Shown here: one piece after another, positions 48,166 to 59,841 of the stretch
How positions within the stretch are numbered: position 1 is the first letter of the stretch
Layout of the letters: the number at the start of each line of letters is the position of its first letter
Assembly: GCA_030390025.1 (NCBI GenBank)
Contig: CM059432.1
Location: 36,210,001-36,274,000, forward strand
Reading direction: 5' to 3'
Source: Squalus acanthias
Lineage: Eukaryota
Length of the DNA stretch: 64,000 nt
Notes under the pieces: model-generated
The model's input: only the letters and a program-made list of their open reading frames with translations
Databases searched by the model: none
Told to the model about the DNA's origin: nothing
Made by a program: the position numbers and the translations under genes

Positions 48166-49137
48166 CTTCCTTTTAAAGCTTATATAGACAAAACATTCCT
48201 AGGCAGGGATAGAAAACAAGCCAACAGCACCACAGGCCCTGAGATAGCTTGTTAAGAGAACATAAATATGTCCAACCTTTTCTGGACCTGCGTGTAATCC
48301 CTTTGTTAGCAAAGATCTCAGAAACCAGTATTCAAAGATCTTCAAAGATCAGGCCCAGTGCCCTGACCAAATTGTTCCCTCAACAACAACTAAAATAGAT
48401 GAACCATTCATCTCATTGTTGTTAGTGGGGGGCTTGCTGTGTAATGTTTGCCTACGTAACAGTGACTGCACTGAAAAGTAATTAATTCCATATGTTTCTG
48501 AAAGAAGTGAAAAGATGCTGCATAATGCAAGTCTTTTTTCTTTCCTGCTTAATCCAGAAATAGCAAGTCATTAGGTGATGTTATTAAAAAAAGAACCTGT
48601 GCCTTTCATGATCTCAGGATGTTCCAAAGTAATTCATTGGCTACTAAGTTGTAATGTAAGGAAACTTGGCAGCCAATTTGCGCACAACAAGGTCCTACAA
48701 ACAGCAATGAGATAAATGACTAGATAATTTGTTTTAGTGATGTTGGTTGAGTGATAAATGTTAGCTAGGACCTCGGGAGAACTCCCCTGCCATGGGATCT
48801 GAGAGCAAACAGATCCTCAATTTAATGCCTCATCTAAAAGACAGCGGCCTACAAATTGGATAAGGCCCGAAAACGGGTGGGGGCATCGCCCAGCGCTATT
48901 TGCCTGCGCCCGTTCTAAGTGGTGCAGGAAGCACGCAAAATTCTTGCTGCCTCGCTCATTTACATGATTGCAGCGCTGATCTCAGCGCTAAACGCGTTGC
49001 TGATTGACTTAGCGCTCAACAGGGGGGCTAATATCGGGTGCAGTCTACTGCCAAAAATTTTGGCCTAGGCTCTCTCCATTACTTAAAGGGGAGGTGCTTT
49101 GTTGCAGAAGCACCTCATTGTCACTTGAAAGGAAGCC

Positions 49138-51022
49138 ATGGCCCAACAGCTGAGAGAAAGGGCGAAACAATTTTCTGATGCAGCACTGGAGGCCTTGATC
49201 CTGGGGTCCAATGGTGCCGAGATGTCCTCTACCTGCAGGGGGGCAAGAGGCCTTCAAGGATGACCACAAGAAGGATCTCGCTCAATCTGTCATTATGACA
49301 AGTGTTGTCCCCAGGACCTGAATCCAGTGCCGCTAAAAGTTTAATGACCTCACACGAGTGGTCAAGGTGACTGAATGCATCTTCAAATGCCATATCCCAC
49401 CATCTGCACCACAAGCCTCACATACTGCTCAATGCACCACACCCCCATCACTCACCTACCAACAATCTCTAGCTATCACCACTCATACCTCACAATCATA
49501 ACTTCACTTCACCCTCACACCCACATCTTGCACACACTGCCAGCTATTCAACCATGGCTGGCACATCACCCAAACACATTGCACTACACTCACTGACACA
49601 CTTCCCTTTCTCTTGCAGGCCAAGGTGGCGCATAACCGGAGAGAGCACCAGTAGATGGGAGGCGGCCAAGCAAGACTTGGCAACCTGACAGACCTGGAGG
49701 AAGCAGTGCTGTACATCATTGGAGGGGCTGTGACAGAGCCCATAGCGAGCGGAGAAGTGGAAAGCATTTCTGATGATGATGGTATGCTCATACCTAATCC
49801 TTCTCACATCCCACTTCCCCCTCATCCCACAATCTCTTCTCACTTACAAGCTGCTGATGGTGTATGTATGGATATCTTACTTCCACCCCCCCACCCCTCA
49901 CCACAATCCGACCCTTGTGCATTTCTCCTTTCAGCTACCCAAGAACACCTGGCCAGCCTGTCCCTGAAGTTGTGGAGGAGCGTGATGGAGGAGAAGAAAA
50001 AGACACATTGGCACTGCATCTGACACTTGCAGACACCAGCTCAGAAAATGGCACTGCACATACTTTAGAGGGTAGTATAGAGGCGAAATCTGTTTGTGGT
50101 GAGCCACCGGGCATGAGTGGCTGCAGCCAGGCCAGGGGGAAAGGGTAGCTTGGGTGCCAGCTCCCTGGAGGGCGAGTTCGCTCACGAATTCTGCTCCACA
50201 GGACTCAAATGATGACCTTGATGGGACGGCCTTCAGAAGAAGGGTGATGGGCATCATGCACACAGAAATTCTTGGTGCAATGGCAAGCCTGCCAGAGAGC
50301 CTCTTGTCAGTGTTACGGAGCATGGAGCAGTCTGGCTCCAACATTGCACGGGGTTTTGCGCAGAGCTTGGAATCCATGATTTCCAGGATGAAAATGATGG
50401 GCAACTCCATGAGAGACCTTGTGGACCCCAAGATGATGCTGGGTGTGATGGGCGATCTCGCAGCTTCCATTGCAGCACAGGCAGAAGCGACCTAACGTCT
50501 CACTGCTGCAGTGGAAGCACAGACTGCTATCCTGCAGTCTCAGCTTGCTGGCATGCAAGCTCAGACTGTTGCCATTGTGGCTGGGTTTACAAGCGTTGAT
50601 AGTGGCTTGCAGGGTGTCACAACAGTCCAGCAATCTGTGCTACAACAGATGGCTAGGAATGTTGAGGTACCGCCCCGGGGGAGTGGAAGTGCCTCCGTGG
50701 AGCAAGAACCTGCTGTCCTCTCTCAGGATGATAGCATTCCTACTCCCACCACTGCCACTCGCCAGTGCACTTATTGCTGCCTATCATCCAGCCAGCCCAG
50801 ACCGCTGCCGCCCATGCCAAAGTGGTGCAGTCTACAGCCGGGCCTTCTAGGTCCAGAGCTGGTTGAGATCGTACTGCAAGGCCATCTGTAATCTCCCACA
50901 CTGAAAGTCAGCAGCCTTCCACCAGCCATGCTGCAGCCACTGGGGGAGCACTTCATAGAAGCACTAGAGTAGGAAAAGGCACACGAAAGACAGGCACTAA
51001 GGGAATGCACAAGGGTGACTAG
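49138..51022 (+). pseudogene. Harbinger Myb/SANT-like DNA-binding protein pseudogene, 3 exons (49138-49366, 49619-49781, 49935-51022)
   Basis: MAQQLRERAKQFSDAALEALI...RT*IQCR*KFNDLTRVVK | AKVAHNRREH..GGG; GT-AG introns with polypyrimidine tracts; stops and frameshifts present. Confidence 0.8.
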
Positions 51023-51199
51023 TTGACTTTGTTCTTTTGTTTTGAATTTGATAAATTATGTTTGGAATGTGTGTTTGGTGGTGGTTCTCATTTCAGCTTT
51101 GTGCCCAGGAGGACACTGTGATGTTCCGTGGCAGAGGGATGGTAAGATGCGGAAGTGGTGAGCAACGGGGATCTGGAGTTTGATTCACTGGAACCAGAG

Positions 51200-52248
51200 T
51201 CTGATGAGGCACTCACGGACAGCCCTTCAGGAACGGGGATGTGCTGCCTGCCTCCTCCCTTGCTTTTCCTCCTCCTAAGGTGGTCCAGGAACCTGTGGTG
51301 GAAAGGGCGTGTTCATGATGGCCAAGTTGTGAAGCATGCAGCAGATCACCACGAAATGAGACACCCGCACCGGTGTGTACTGGAAGGCTCCTCCCGAATG
51401 GTCAAGGCAGTGGAACCGCTGCTTGAGCACCCCAATGGTCTGCTCAATGACATTCCTTGTGGCAGCATGGCTGTCATTATATGAGTGCTGGCCACGAGTG
51501 GTGGGGTTGCAGAGGGGTGTCAACAAGTAGCCACCCGCGGGTTTGGTGTGGTGGCTGGAAGATTGCTGTTACACCGGACTGACGCAGGATGAAGGTGTCA
51601 GGATAGCAGGCATTCACCATCATGATGCATTGGCATGGTCGCACAACTACACATTAAGTGAGTGGTAGTCTTTATGGTTACGAAACATCTCAGGATTGGT
51701 ATATGGTGCCCGCAAAGCCCCGTGTGTGCAGTCAATGGCGTCCTGCGCCATGGGGATGCCCGCTATCTTGGCAAAGCCACAAGCGCGCTCGTCCCGCTTA
51801 AGACAATGAAGTCCCTTCTCCTGGAATAGAGAGCCTCTGTGACCTCCCGGATGCAGCGATGGACGTCGAACTGGGAGATGTTAGCTATGTCTCCTGCTCC
51901 AGACTGGAAGGATCCGGTGGCGAAGAAATTGAGGGCCACGGTGACCTTGAGGGCCACTGGGACAGCCATCGTCACATTGCTCTGAGGTTGCTGGTCTGGT
52001 TGCAGGAGGTGGCAGAGTTCTGTGATCACTTCCTTGGTGAAGCGGAGCCTCCTAATACACCGCTCCTGGTTTAAGTCCAGGCGAAAGTGCTCTTGGAAGA
52101 CCCAAGGTGGGTAAGGCCTCCTGGTGAGAGCCCTCCTACCCCTCCCTCTCCGAGCATCTTGTCCTCTTCTTTGCTGCCTCCTCGCCATCTCCCTATCATA
52201 CTCGAGCGCGAGGGGGACTGCAAGTAGAGCCCCCATGACTGGGAGCAA
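51200..52248 (-). pseudogene. Harbinger DDE transposase pseudogene (HARBI1-like)
   Basis: CIRRLRFTKE, VTVALNFFATGSFQ, AIDCTH (about 51720-51740), RNHKDYHSLNV, YNDSHAATRNVIEQTIGVLKQRFHCL, CCMLHN. Confidence 0.92.
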
Positions 52249-52970
52249 GTGGTGCGAACAGAACCCTTTAAATGAGAATCAAGGTGATCTCCATATAAAG
52301 CAACACTCCCTGTCACCTCAGCAACTTTAAACAACTCTAGAAAGCTCGAAACAGTTGCACAAACTTAGACAGAGCCAGTAGAACTGAAAAAGCAAGTCCG
52401 CTGCAATAGAATTGACCACAATGTCCCGAGCTAGGGAGGGATTAAAAAAAATCAAAGAAGGTTTCCTGCTCTCGATTGGTATTCAGTGACTCTTACTGGA
52501 AAGTGCTTGTGTGTGGATGTTTAGTGAGGCAAAGGATTAGGGTTGCCAGTGATATCCTCCATAGCTGAATAGCCTGCCTAGCACACACTGTCGAGGATTA
52601 CACAAGAAGAATTAGCACTTAGGTGAGATAAAGGAGGACTGCCAGACCCAAGGATTCATATTCCAGCACGTGTAGGTGTCTAGTTTTACATCTGTTGTAA
52701 TATGTCAATTATCCTAATTTACATGCGAGATGTACCAATTAGCATAATCAAATGTTGATATAATTATTCTACCCACAAAGGTTTGTGAAAGTAGCATTTA
52801 ACAAGCTTTTAAACTGGTCATTTTTTTGGGGTTGCTGTTTCTGGGATTTTGCTGTGCACAAATTGGCTGCCACGTTTTCCTACATTACATCAGTGGCTGC
52901 ACTTCAAAAGTACTTAATTGGCTGTGAAGTGCATTGGGAGGTCATGAAAGGTGCTATATAAATACAAAAA

Positions 52971-53060
52971 TGAGAAGTCGCACAACACCAGGTTATAGTC
53001 CAACAGATTTATTTAAAATTACAAGCTTTCGGAGCTATCGATCGCCCCTTCTTCAGGTAA
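52971..53060 (-). mobile_element. Penelope-like fragment, same family as 9789-9973
   Basis: Near-identical tgagaagtcgcacaacaccaggttatagtccaacag...; the minus strand reads CTGAAGA-A-GGGGC-gatcgata-GCTCC-GAAA. Confidence 0.7.
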
Positions 53061-55469
53061 AGTTACTATGAGTGAATACAAAATACAAAATATAAATACA
53101 AGTTCTTTCTTCATTCTTGGGGCAAGTTTTCTTTCCAATGAACCAATTCAAGTTAAATCTAATTAGTAAAACTCAATTCCTAACGTTACACCTTCTGAGG
53201 TGTTTAAGGTACCTATCTTCTAATTTAATTCTCCCTTAAGCTTTCATTTGCTCTCCACAGCTGGGTTCATGGGCAGGTAACCTGACCACATACACTCCAG
53301 TGCTGCTGCTCTGAAGCTGGCTGATAGCAGGTCTGTCAGGGCAGTCCAGGGAGAGCCTCGTCCAATTCTGTCTTAGTGGGAAGCTGCCAACATTAGACAA
53401 ATATTAGGTGTTAGATTTTTAGTTACAGGCCATATACTTGAAACCATAGTTAAAAGCAGCCTTCTGTGTCAGTGACATGGGACAGCCGAGTGACATACCA
53501 TATTCTTCTCTATCAGTTATCCTTTTTTTCTGTCTTTCCCTCGTATTTCTTTCTCTGTCTGGCTATGGGGATTATGAATGCTTTCTCTTACTGCAGTGCG
53601 AGAGAGAGAAAGCAAGAGAACACTATGAGGGTGGATCTATCCCAGAATTACCAACTATTAAAGCTATAGACCTGAAACAAAAACCAGAAAATGTTGGAAA
53701 TACACAGCAGGTCCGTCTACATCTATAGAGAGAAGATAGATTAAAGTATTTGGAGTGTACACTTAGTTAGATGGAGGTTGTATCTGAAACATTAAGCTGT
53801 ATTTTCTCTTTACATGTGCAGCTGTGTATTTCTAGTATTTTCTACTTTTGATCAGATGCTCAGCATTTAGTTTTTCTTCTTTGTATTTAAACTCTAGGGC
53901 CTACAAGTTTAATGGAGGAATTGCACTACTACTATGAATGCTGGGATAGCCCCACATCCCAACATCCTCTTCCTTTGGTTCTGCAGCAAATCTTGATACC
54001 CAATGTCAGCATTGAGCATTCCGAGGTCATATATAGAAAAATCAGATGCCGGGTAAATCTTCCTCCAAGATTGTCAACTTAGTGCCAAATAGGAGCAGTT
54101 TTCAGCCATGGGCATATGGCGACTGGGAAATAACTTCAAACTGTCCAAATATTATCATGGAGGATCCCTTTTTGAACTAGATAGAAGAGACTTTCATCCC
54201 ATCAGGCCCCAGAGGTGAAATACCAGTGTGTTAATCCAATGCAAAGTCCCCTCCAGCGCCCTCTAAAACTTTAATTCTATAAATTAGGTGCCTTGGGGTT
54301 CAGGTTGCTGGGTTGATAACATACAGACACAGGTTCACACCTGATCTTATGCAAGCTATTAGAGTCAAGATACACAGCAAATAATGGTAAACTGGAGGCA
54401 GAGTCTAGTGATTAGTAATCAGTTACAGAGTGGAGTTGGCAGAGGCCTAGGAGTTGGTCACGTGCCTGTCCTGTCAGTCTATAATAGAATGTAACATAGA
54501 GAGACGTAAAAAAAAAGTTGGAGAAAACTGTTAGGATGAGGAAAAAACAATTCTATAAGAATCACTAAACTAATATCACTTATTTTACTAATGGTGCTTT
54601 AAGAAAATACTTTTAGACCACAGATTTCAAACTGAGGTTCCTGGACCTTAAGTGTCTGGGAGAGAATCCCAGGATATCTGCGCGGCTATCCATTTCTTTC
54701 CTGTCTGTCATCAGATTTTTGTATGTGTTGACTCACCAGCATGTTATTTCTGTTGCTCTATACTAATAGACATTTTGTGCAGTGATAGCATTGTTTTCTT
54801 TTTGGTAGTGACACTGTCTTTCAGAATGTAGGGTAGGGAGTCCGTGGGAGTGTGTTAATCTCTCTGAGCGTCCCAGGAGTGTTTTAATGTTTGCAGGAGC
54901 ACCCCCCACCAAATGCAGAAAAGTTTGAAAATTACTGCGTAGATGCGAGTTGAAAGCAGGATTAGGCTCAGCTGTTTTGACAACTGCGGTCAAAGAGCTT
55001 GATGAAACTCATTGTCGAGGCTCAAAATACCCAAGCACATTCGAGAGAGGGGAGAAAGTAAGCAAAATAAAACCCTGCCTTCCTCTGAATACTGCAACAT
55101 GATAGTAATCAAACTACTGTGCAGCTCTGTCACAATTTCACATCGCTCCAGCATCGCAATTTGGTGAAATAGGTAAATCCACTATGTAGAGTAACACTGA
55201 TATGTTCAAACCAGGGAGGTTCCAGATCTGATTCTCAGTCTATGTTGAGTTAAATGATTTCCACCAAGGCAGTGGAGAGAGGGGCTACAATTGGCCTCAG
55301 AATATCGGAGTTCTGGAGAGGGACAACCTGTTGAGACTCATGGTGCGTGCTCATGCATGGAAAATGGTCATTTCATTGAGGTAGCAGAGCTGATAGCAGC
55401 CTCAAAATCTTAGCCCAGCAAGAGTTATAAGCCATTTAGAGAGGTAGAATATCTGTCAGTATGGATAGG

Positions 55470-56035
55470 AACATAGAAGATAGGAGCAGGAGTAGGCCAT
55501 TCGGCCCCTCGAGCCTGCTCTGCCATTCGATGAGATCATGGCTGATCATCCAAACTCAGTACCCTGTCCCTGCCTTCTCCCCATATCCCTTGATACCTTT
55601 AGCCTTAAGAAATACATCTAACGCCTTCTTGAATATATTTACTGACTTGGCCTCAACTGCCTTCTGTGGTAGAGAATTCCACAGGTTCACCACTCTCTGG
55701 GTGAAGAAATTCCTCCTCATCTCTGTCCTAAATGGCTTACCCCTTATCTTTAGACTGTGACCTCTTGTTCTGGACTCACCCGCCATCGGGAACATCCTTC
55801 CTGCATCCAGTCTGTCTAGCCCTGTTAGAATTTTATAAGTTTCAATGAGATCTCCTCTCATTCTTCTAAACTCCAGCAAGTATAAGCCCAATCGACCCAA
55901 TCTCTCCTCGTATGTCATTCCTGCCATCCCAGGTATCAGTCTGGTGAATCTTCGCTGCACACCCTCCATGGCAAGAACATCCTTCCTCAGATAAGGCGAC
56001 CAAAACTGCACACAATACTCAAGGTGTGGTCTCAA
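55470..56035 (-). mobile_element. CR1 3' fragment
   Basis: Uninterrupted ORF 55556-56035 corresponding to the CR1 ORF2 C-terminus. Confidence 0.92.
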
Positions 56036-56469
56036 ACATAGCAGTAGGCCATTCAGCCCCTTGTTCTACTTCTCCCATTTGTGAAATTTAAAATCTCCCA
56101 CTATAACCATATTGTTTTGCTACATGCATCCCTGATCTCCATATTTATACATCCCCCCCATAACTACCATCAGGAGGTCTGTAGATTACTCCTACCAGAG
56201 TCTTGCATCCTTTGCAGTTCATTAATTCTACCCATAGTGTTTCACAGCCGGATCACCCTTAATAAACTCCCTTCTGTCCATCGCTATAATTGTGTCTTTT
56301 ATCAATATTCCTCCTCCTTTCCCAATTTCCCCGTTCTTTCTAAAGATCCTATAGCCTGGAGTATTTAGCTTCTAATCAGCCCAGCTTGTAGCGAGATCTA
56401 TGTAATTGCTACTACATCATACCCTTTAAGCAGCATTTGTGCTTCTAACTCACTGGTTTTATTTCTTAT

Positions 56470-58570
56470 GCTCAAACATCAGTTTCCACATGTACGCTGA
56501 TGACACCCAGCTCTACCTCACTACCACTTCTCTCAACCCCTCCACGGTCTCTAAATTGTCAGACTGCTTGTCCGACAACCAGCAGAAATTTTCTCCAAAT
56601 AAATATTGGGAAGACCAAAGCGATTGTTTTCAGTCCCCACCACAAACTCCGTTCCCTAGCCACTGACTCCATCCCGCTCCCTAACATCTCTCTGAGGCTG
56701 AACCACACTGTTCGCAACCTTGGTGTTATATTTGACCCTAAAATGAGCTTCCGACCACATATCTGCAGCATAACTAAGTGTGAAGGAATAAGCCATATAA
56801 CATATTCAGAAAAATACACTATCTTATGAAAGAATTCTGGCCTTATTAAAACATGACAAACTGGGTTTGGAAATTTAGAAACTTAACTATGAAATAGCTG
56901 TGAAAGCATTCTGGCTATTGAGATAAGACAGTTGTTAACCCTGAATAAATAACCTTATTGAAACAGAAGGTGAAGGGCTCCGACAGGCTGACCTTTGGGA
57001 ACAAAAACAATGGTTCACCATGGATAAGGTGTTCTAATTTACACTTCATAAAGAAGCACATAAAGTAAGGAATATCTGCCCTCGTAAAGATGACATCAAG
57101 TAAGGAACACCTGCCATCACACCGTTTTTTATATGGTAAACTTAGAACACCTAGAAATGAGACACGAGTCTGGCTGAGGTGGCAGTAAGAGTTGCAGAGG
57201 TCGGCAGAAAAATGACTAGAGATAATTAGCTTACATCAGCAGAAAACCTTAAAGGAAATACCACTGGAAAAGGGTATACATATTGAACTCTCAAATGGGA
57301 TAACAGACTCGCTTTAATCGGGCAAAGCGATTCTCGGCTTCAGAGGCGGCTCTGTAAGTCTCCAACTCTTTGTACCTCGGGGATCAAAGGTGTTTGATTT
57401 TGGTGGATATCCTGTAGAACACTAAGAACTGTAATACTGTAGTGAAGTTAAGATTTAAAAGTAAGATTCTCTGATAAGATTGTAAGTTCTCTCTTTTTGG
57501 AACTGTTAATGTTGCGATTGACTCACCAACTGTAAATTAAATGTCGGTTCTTTAATAAATCTATATATTTTTAGAACTGTCTCACATAAGACTTCTGTAT
57601 CAAAAACTCACGAACTCAATTTCTGTACACTCTTTGGTGAGGAGTTGCAGAATTCTGAGGGAGTTTTCCGGACCCTCATAATATCCGGAACGTTACAGTC
57701 TAGCTAAACTTATTAAACGTGCTATCTGGAGGACGGTAACATTCTCGGGTTGTTCCTTTCCTTTAGGGAGAGATAGTCCGGACCTTTAGACCCAATTAAG
57801 CGTCTTTAGGATTCAGCTACCTCAAACTTTAGTTGAAAGTGAACGTCTTGAGAAATACGCCTGATCCGGGGTAGCCCTACTAGTAATTATCCCTTCATAA
57901 GAACACCTATTTCCACCTCCGTAACATCGCCCGTCTCCGCCCTTGCCTCAGCTCATCCACTGCTGAAACCCTCATCCATGCCTTTGTTACCTCTAGACTT
58001 GCCTATTCCAACGCACTCCTGGCTGGCCTCCCACATTCTACCCTACGTAAACTTGAGTCATCCAAAACTCGGCTGCCCGTGTCCTAACTTGCACCAAGTC
58101 CCGTTCACCCATCACCCCTGTGCTCGCTGACCTACATTGGCTCCCGGTTAAGCAATGCCTCGATTTCAAAATTCTCATCCTTGTTTTCAAATCCTTCCAT
58201 GGCCTCACCCCTCCCTATCTCTATAATCTCCTTCAGCCCCATAACCCTCCCTCCACCCCACCCCCCGAGATATCTGCGCTCCTCTAATTCTGTTCTCTTG
58301 AGCATCCCTGATTATAATCGCTGAACCATTGGTGGCCGTGCCTTCTGTTGCCAGGCCCTAAGCTCCGGAATTCACCGCCTCGCTACCTCTCTTTCCTCCT
58401 TTTAAGACGCTCCTTAAAACCTACTTCTTTGACCAAGCTTTTGGTCACCTGCCCTAATTTCTCCTTATGTGGCTTGGTGTCAAATTTTTTGTCGTTTAAT
58501 ACTCCTGTGAAGTGCCTTGGGATGTTTTACTACGTTAAAGGTGCTATATAAATACAACTTGTTGTTGTTG
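56470..58570 (+). mobile_element. L2 LINE fragment interrupted by a solo LTR
   Basis: YADDTQLY motif near 56490; sequence resumes at 57902; (gtt)n tail near 58560. Confidence 0.9.
56779..57897 (+). mobile_element. Solo LTR copy A (1119 bp)
   Basis: TG...CA ends (tgtgaagg...ccttca); 4-bp TSD taag; AATAAA near 57554; homologous to copy B. Confidence 0.85.
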
Positions 58571-58582
58571 CAATTGTGTACA

Positions 58583-59841
58583 TGTGAAGGAATAAGCAAT
58601 ATACCTATTCAGAAAAATACACCATTCTATGAAATATTCTGGCCTTTGTAACATGACAAACTGGGCTTGAAAATCTAAAAACCTAACAATGGAAAAGCTG
58701 TAAACAGCATACAGGCTATTGAGATAAGATAAGCTGTTGACACTGAATCAATAACCTTATTGAAACAGGAGGTTGAGGTTCCTGATAGTCTGAAGCCTTG
58801 GAAAAAAGACAATGGTACACCCATTTAAGGTGTTTTAAAGTACACTTTGTAAACAAACACAGAAAATTAAGAAACACATGCCTTTGTGGGAATGGCATCA
58901 AGTGGGGGAGGCACCAGCCATCACATTGTTGTTGTGTTGAACTTGGAACACCTAGGAGACACGATTCTGTGTTGCAACCAGCTGAGGTGACTTAAGAATT
59001 GCATAGAAGACCTTGGTAAGAATGACATCAAATAGATGCACCTGCTGGTCACATCGTTTTTATGATAAGCTTCCAACACCTAGGGTAGAGACACGAGTCT
59101 GCAATGCTACCAGCTGAACTGACTGTAAGAATAGCAGAAAAATGACTAGAGATAATTAACTTACATCAGCAGAAAACTTCAAAGGATATACCACTGAGAA
59201 AGGGTATAAAAATTGAACTTTCAAATGGGAAGATAGATTCGCTGTAAAGGGGCAAAGCTATTCTCGGCTTCAGAGGCAAGCTCTGTAAGTCTTCAACTCT
59301 TTGTATCTCGGGGATCAAGGTATTGTATTTGATTTTGGTGGATATCCTGGAATAAACTAAGAACTGTAAAACTAGCGAAGTTAAGATTTGAGAATAAGGA
59401 TCTCTGATAATAGAATTGTAAGATTTTTGTATTTGGAACTGTTAATGTTGCGATTGAAACACCTACTGTAATTACATGTCGGTTCTTTAATAAATCTATA
59501 TATTTTTAGAATTGTCTCAAATAATACTTCTGTATCAAACTCGCGAACTCAATCTCTGTATGCTCTTTGGAGAGGAGTTGCAGAATTCTGAGGGAGTTTG
59601 CCGGACCCTCATAATATCCGGAACGTTACAGTCTAGCTAAACTTATTAAAAGTGCTATCTGGAGGATGGCAACATCTTCAGGTTGTTCCTTTCCTTTAGG
59701 GAGAGATAGTCTGGACATTTAGACCCACTTAAGCGTCTTTAGGATTCGGCTACCTCAAACTTTAGTTGAAAGTGAATGTCTGGGGAACACGCCTGATCCG
59801 GGGTAGCCCTAAAGGGGCTAGGACTAGTAATTATCCCTTCA
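58583..59841 (+). mobile_element. Solo LTR copy B (1259 bp)
   Basis: tgtgaagg...ccttca ends; 4-bp TSD taca; TATAAAA near 59204; AATAAA near 59489. Confidence 0.85.

Larger units (their letters stand above)
48846..52400. mobile_element. PIF/Harbinger transposon copy 2 (opposite orientation to copy 1)
   Basis: Left end aaattggataaggcccgaaaac matches the reverse complement of 38093-38115; Myb gene on +, transposase on -; right terminus not found. Confidence 0.88.

Noticed and set aside
53240..53285. Possible 16-nt micro-exon (ctccacag|ctgggttcatgggcag|gtaacc)
   Set aside because: No partner exons or gene context identifiable; could be chance.
54880..55065. AG/GT-bounded candidate exon
   Set aside because: Stop codons in all three frames and no recognisable protein similarity.
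56779..59841. Single provirus with two LTRs
   Set aside because: Each LTR has its own TSD and the interval is L2 sequence with no recognisable PBS, gag or pol.
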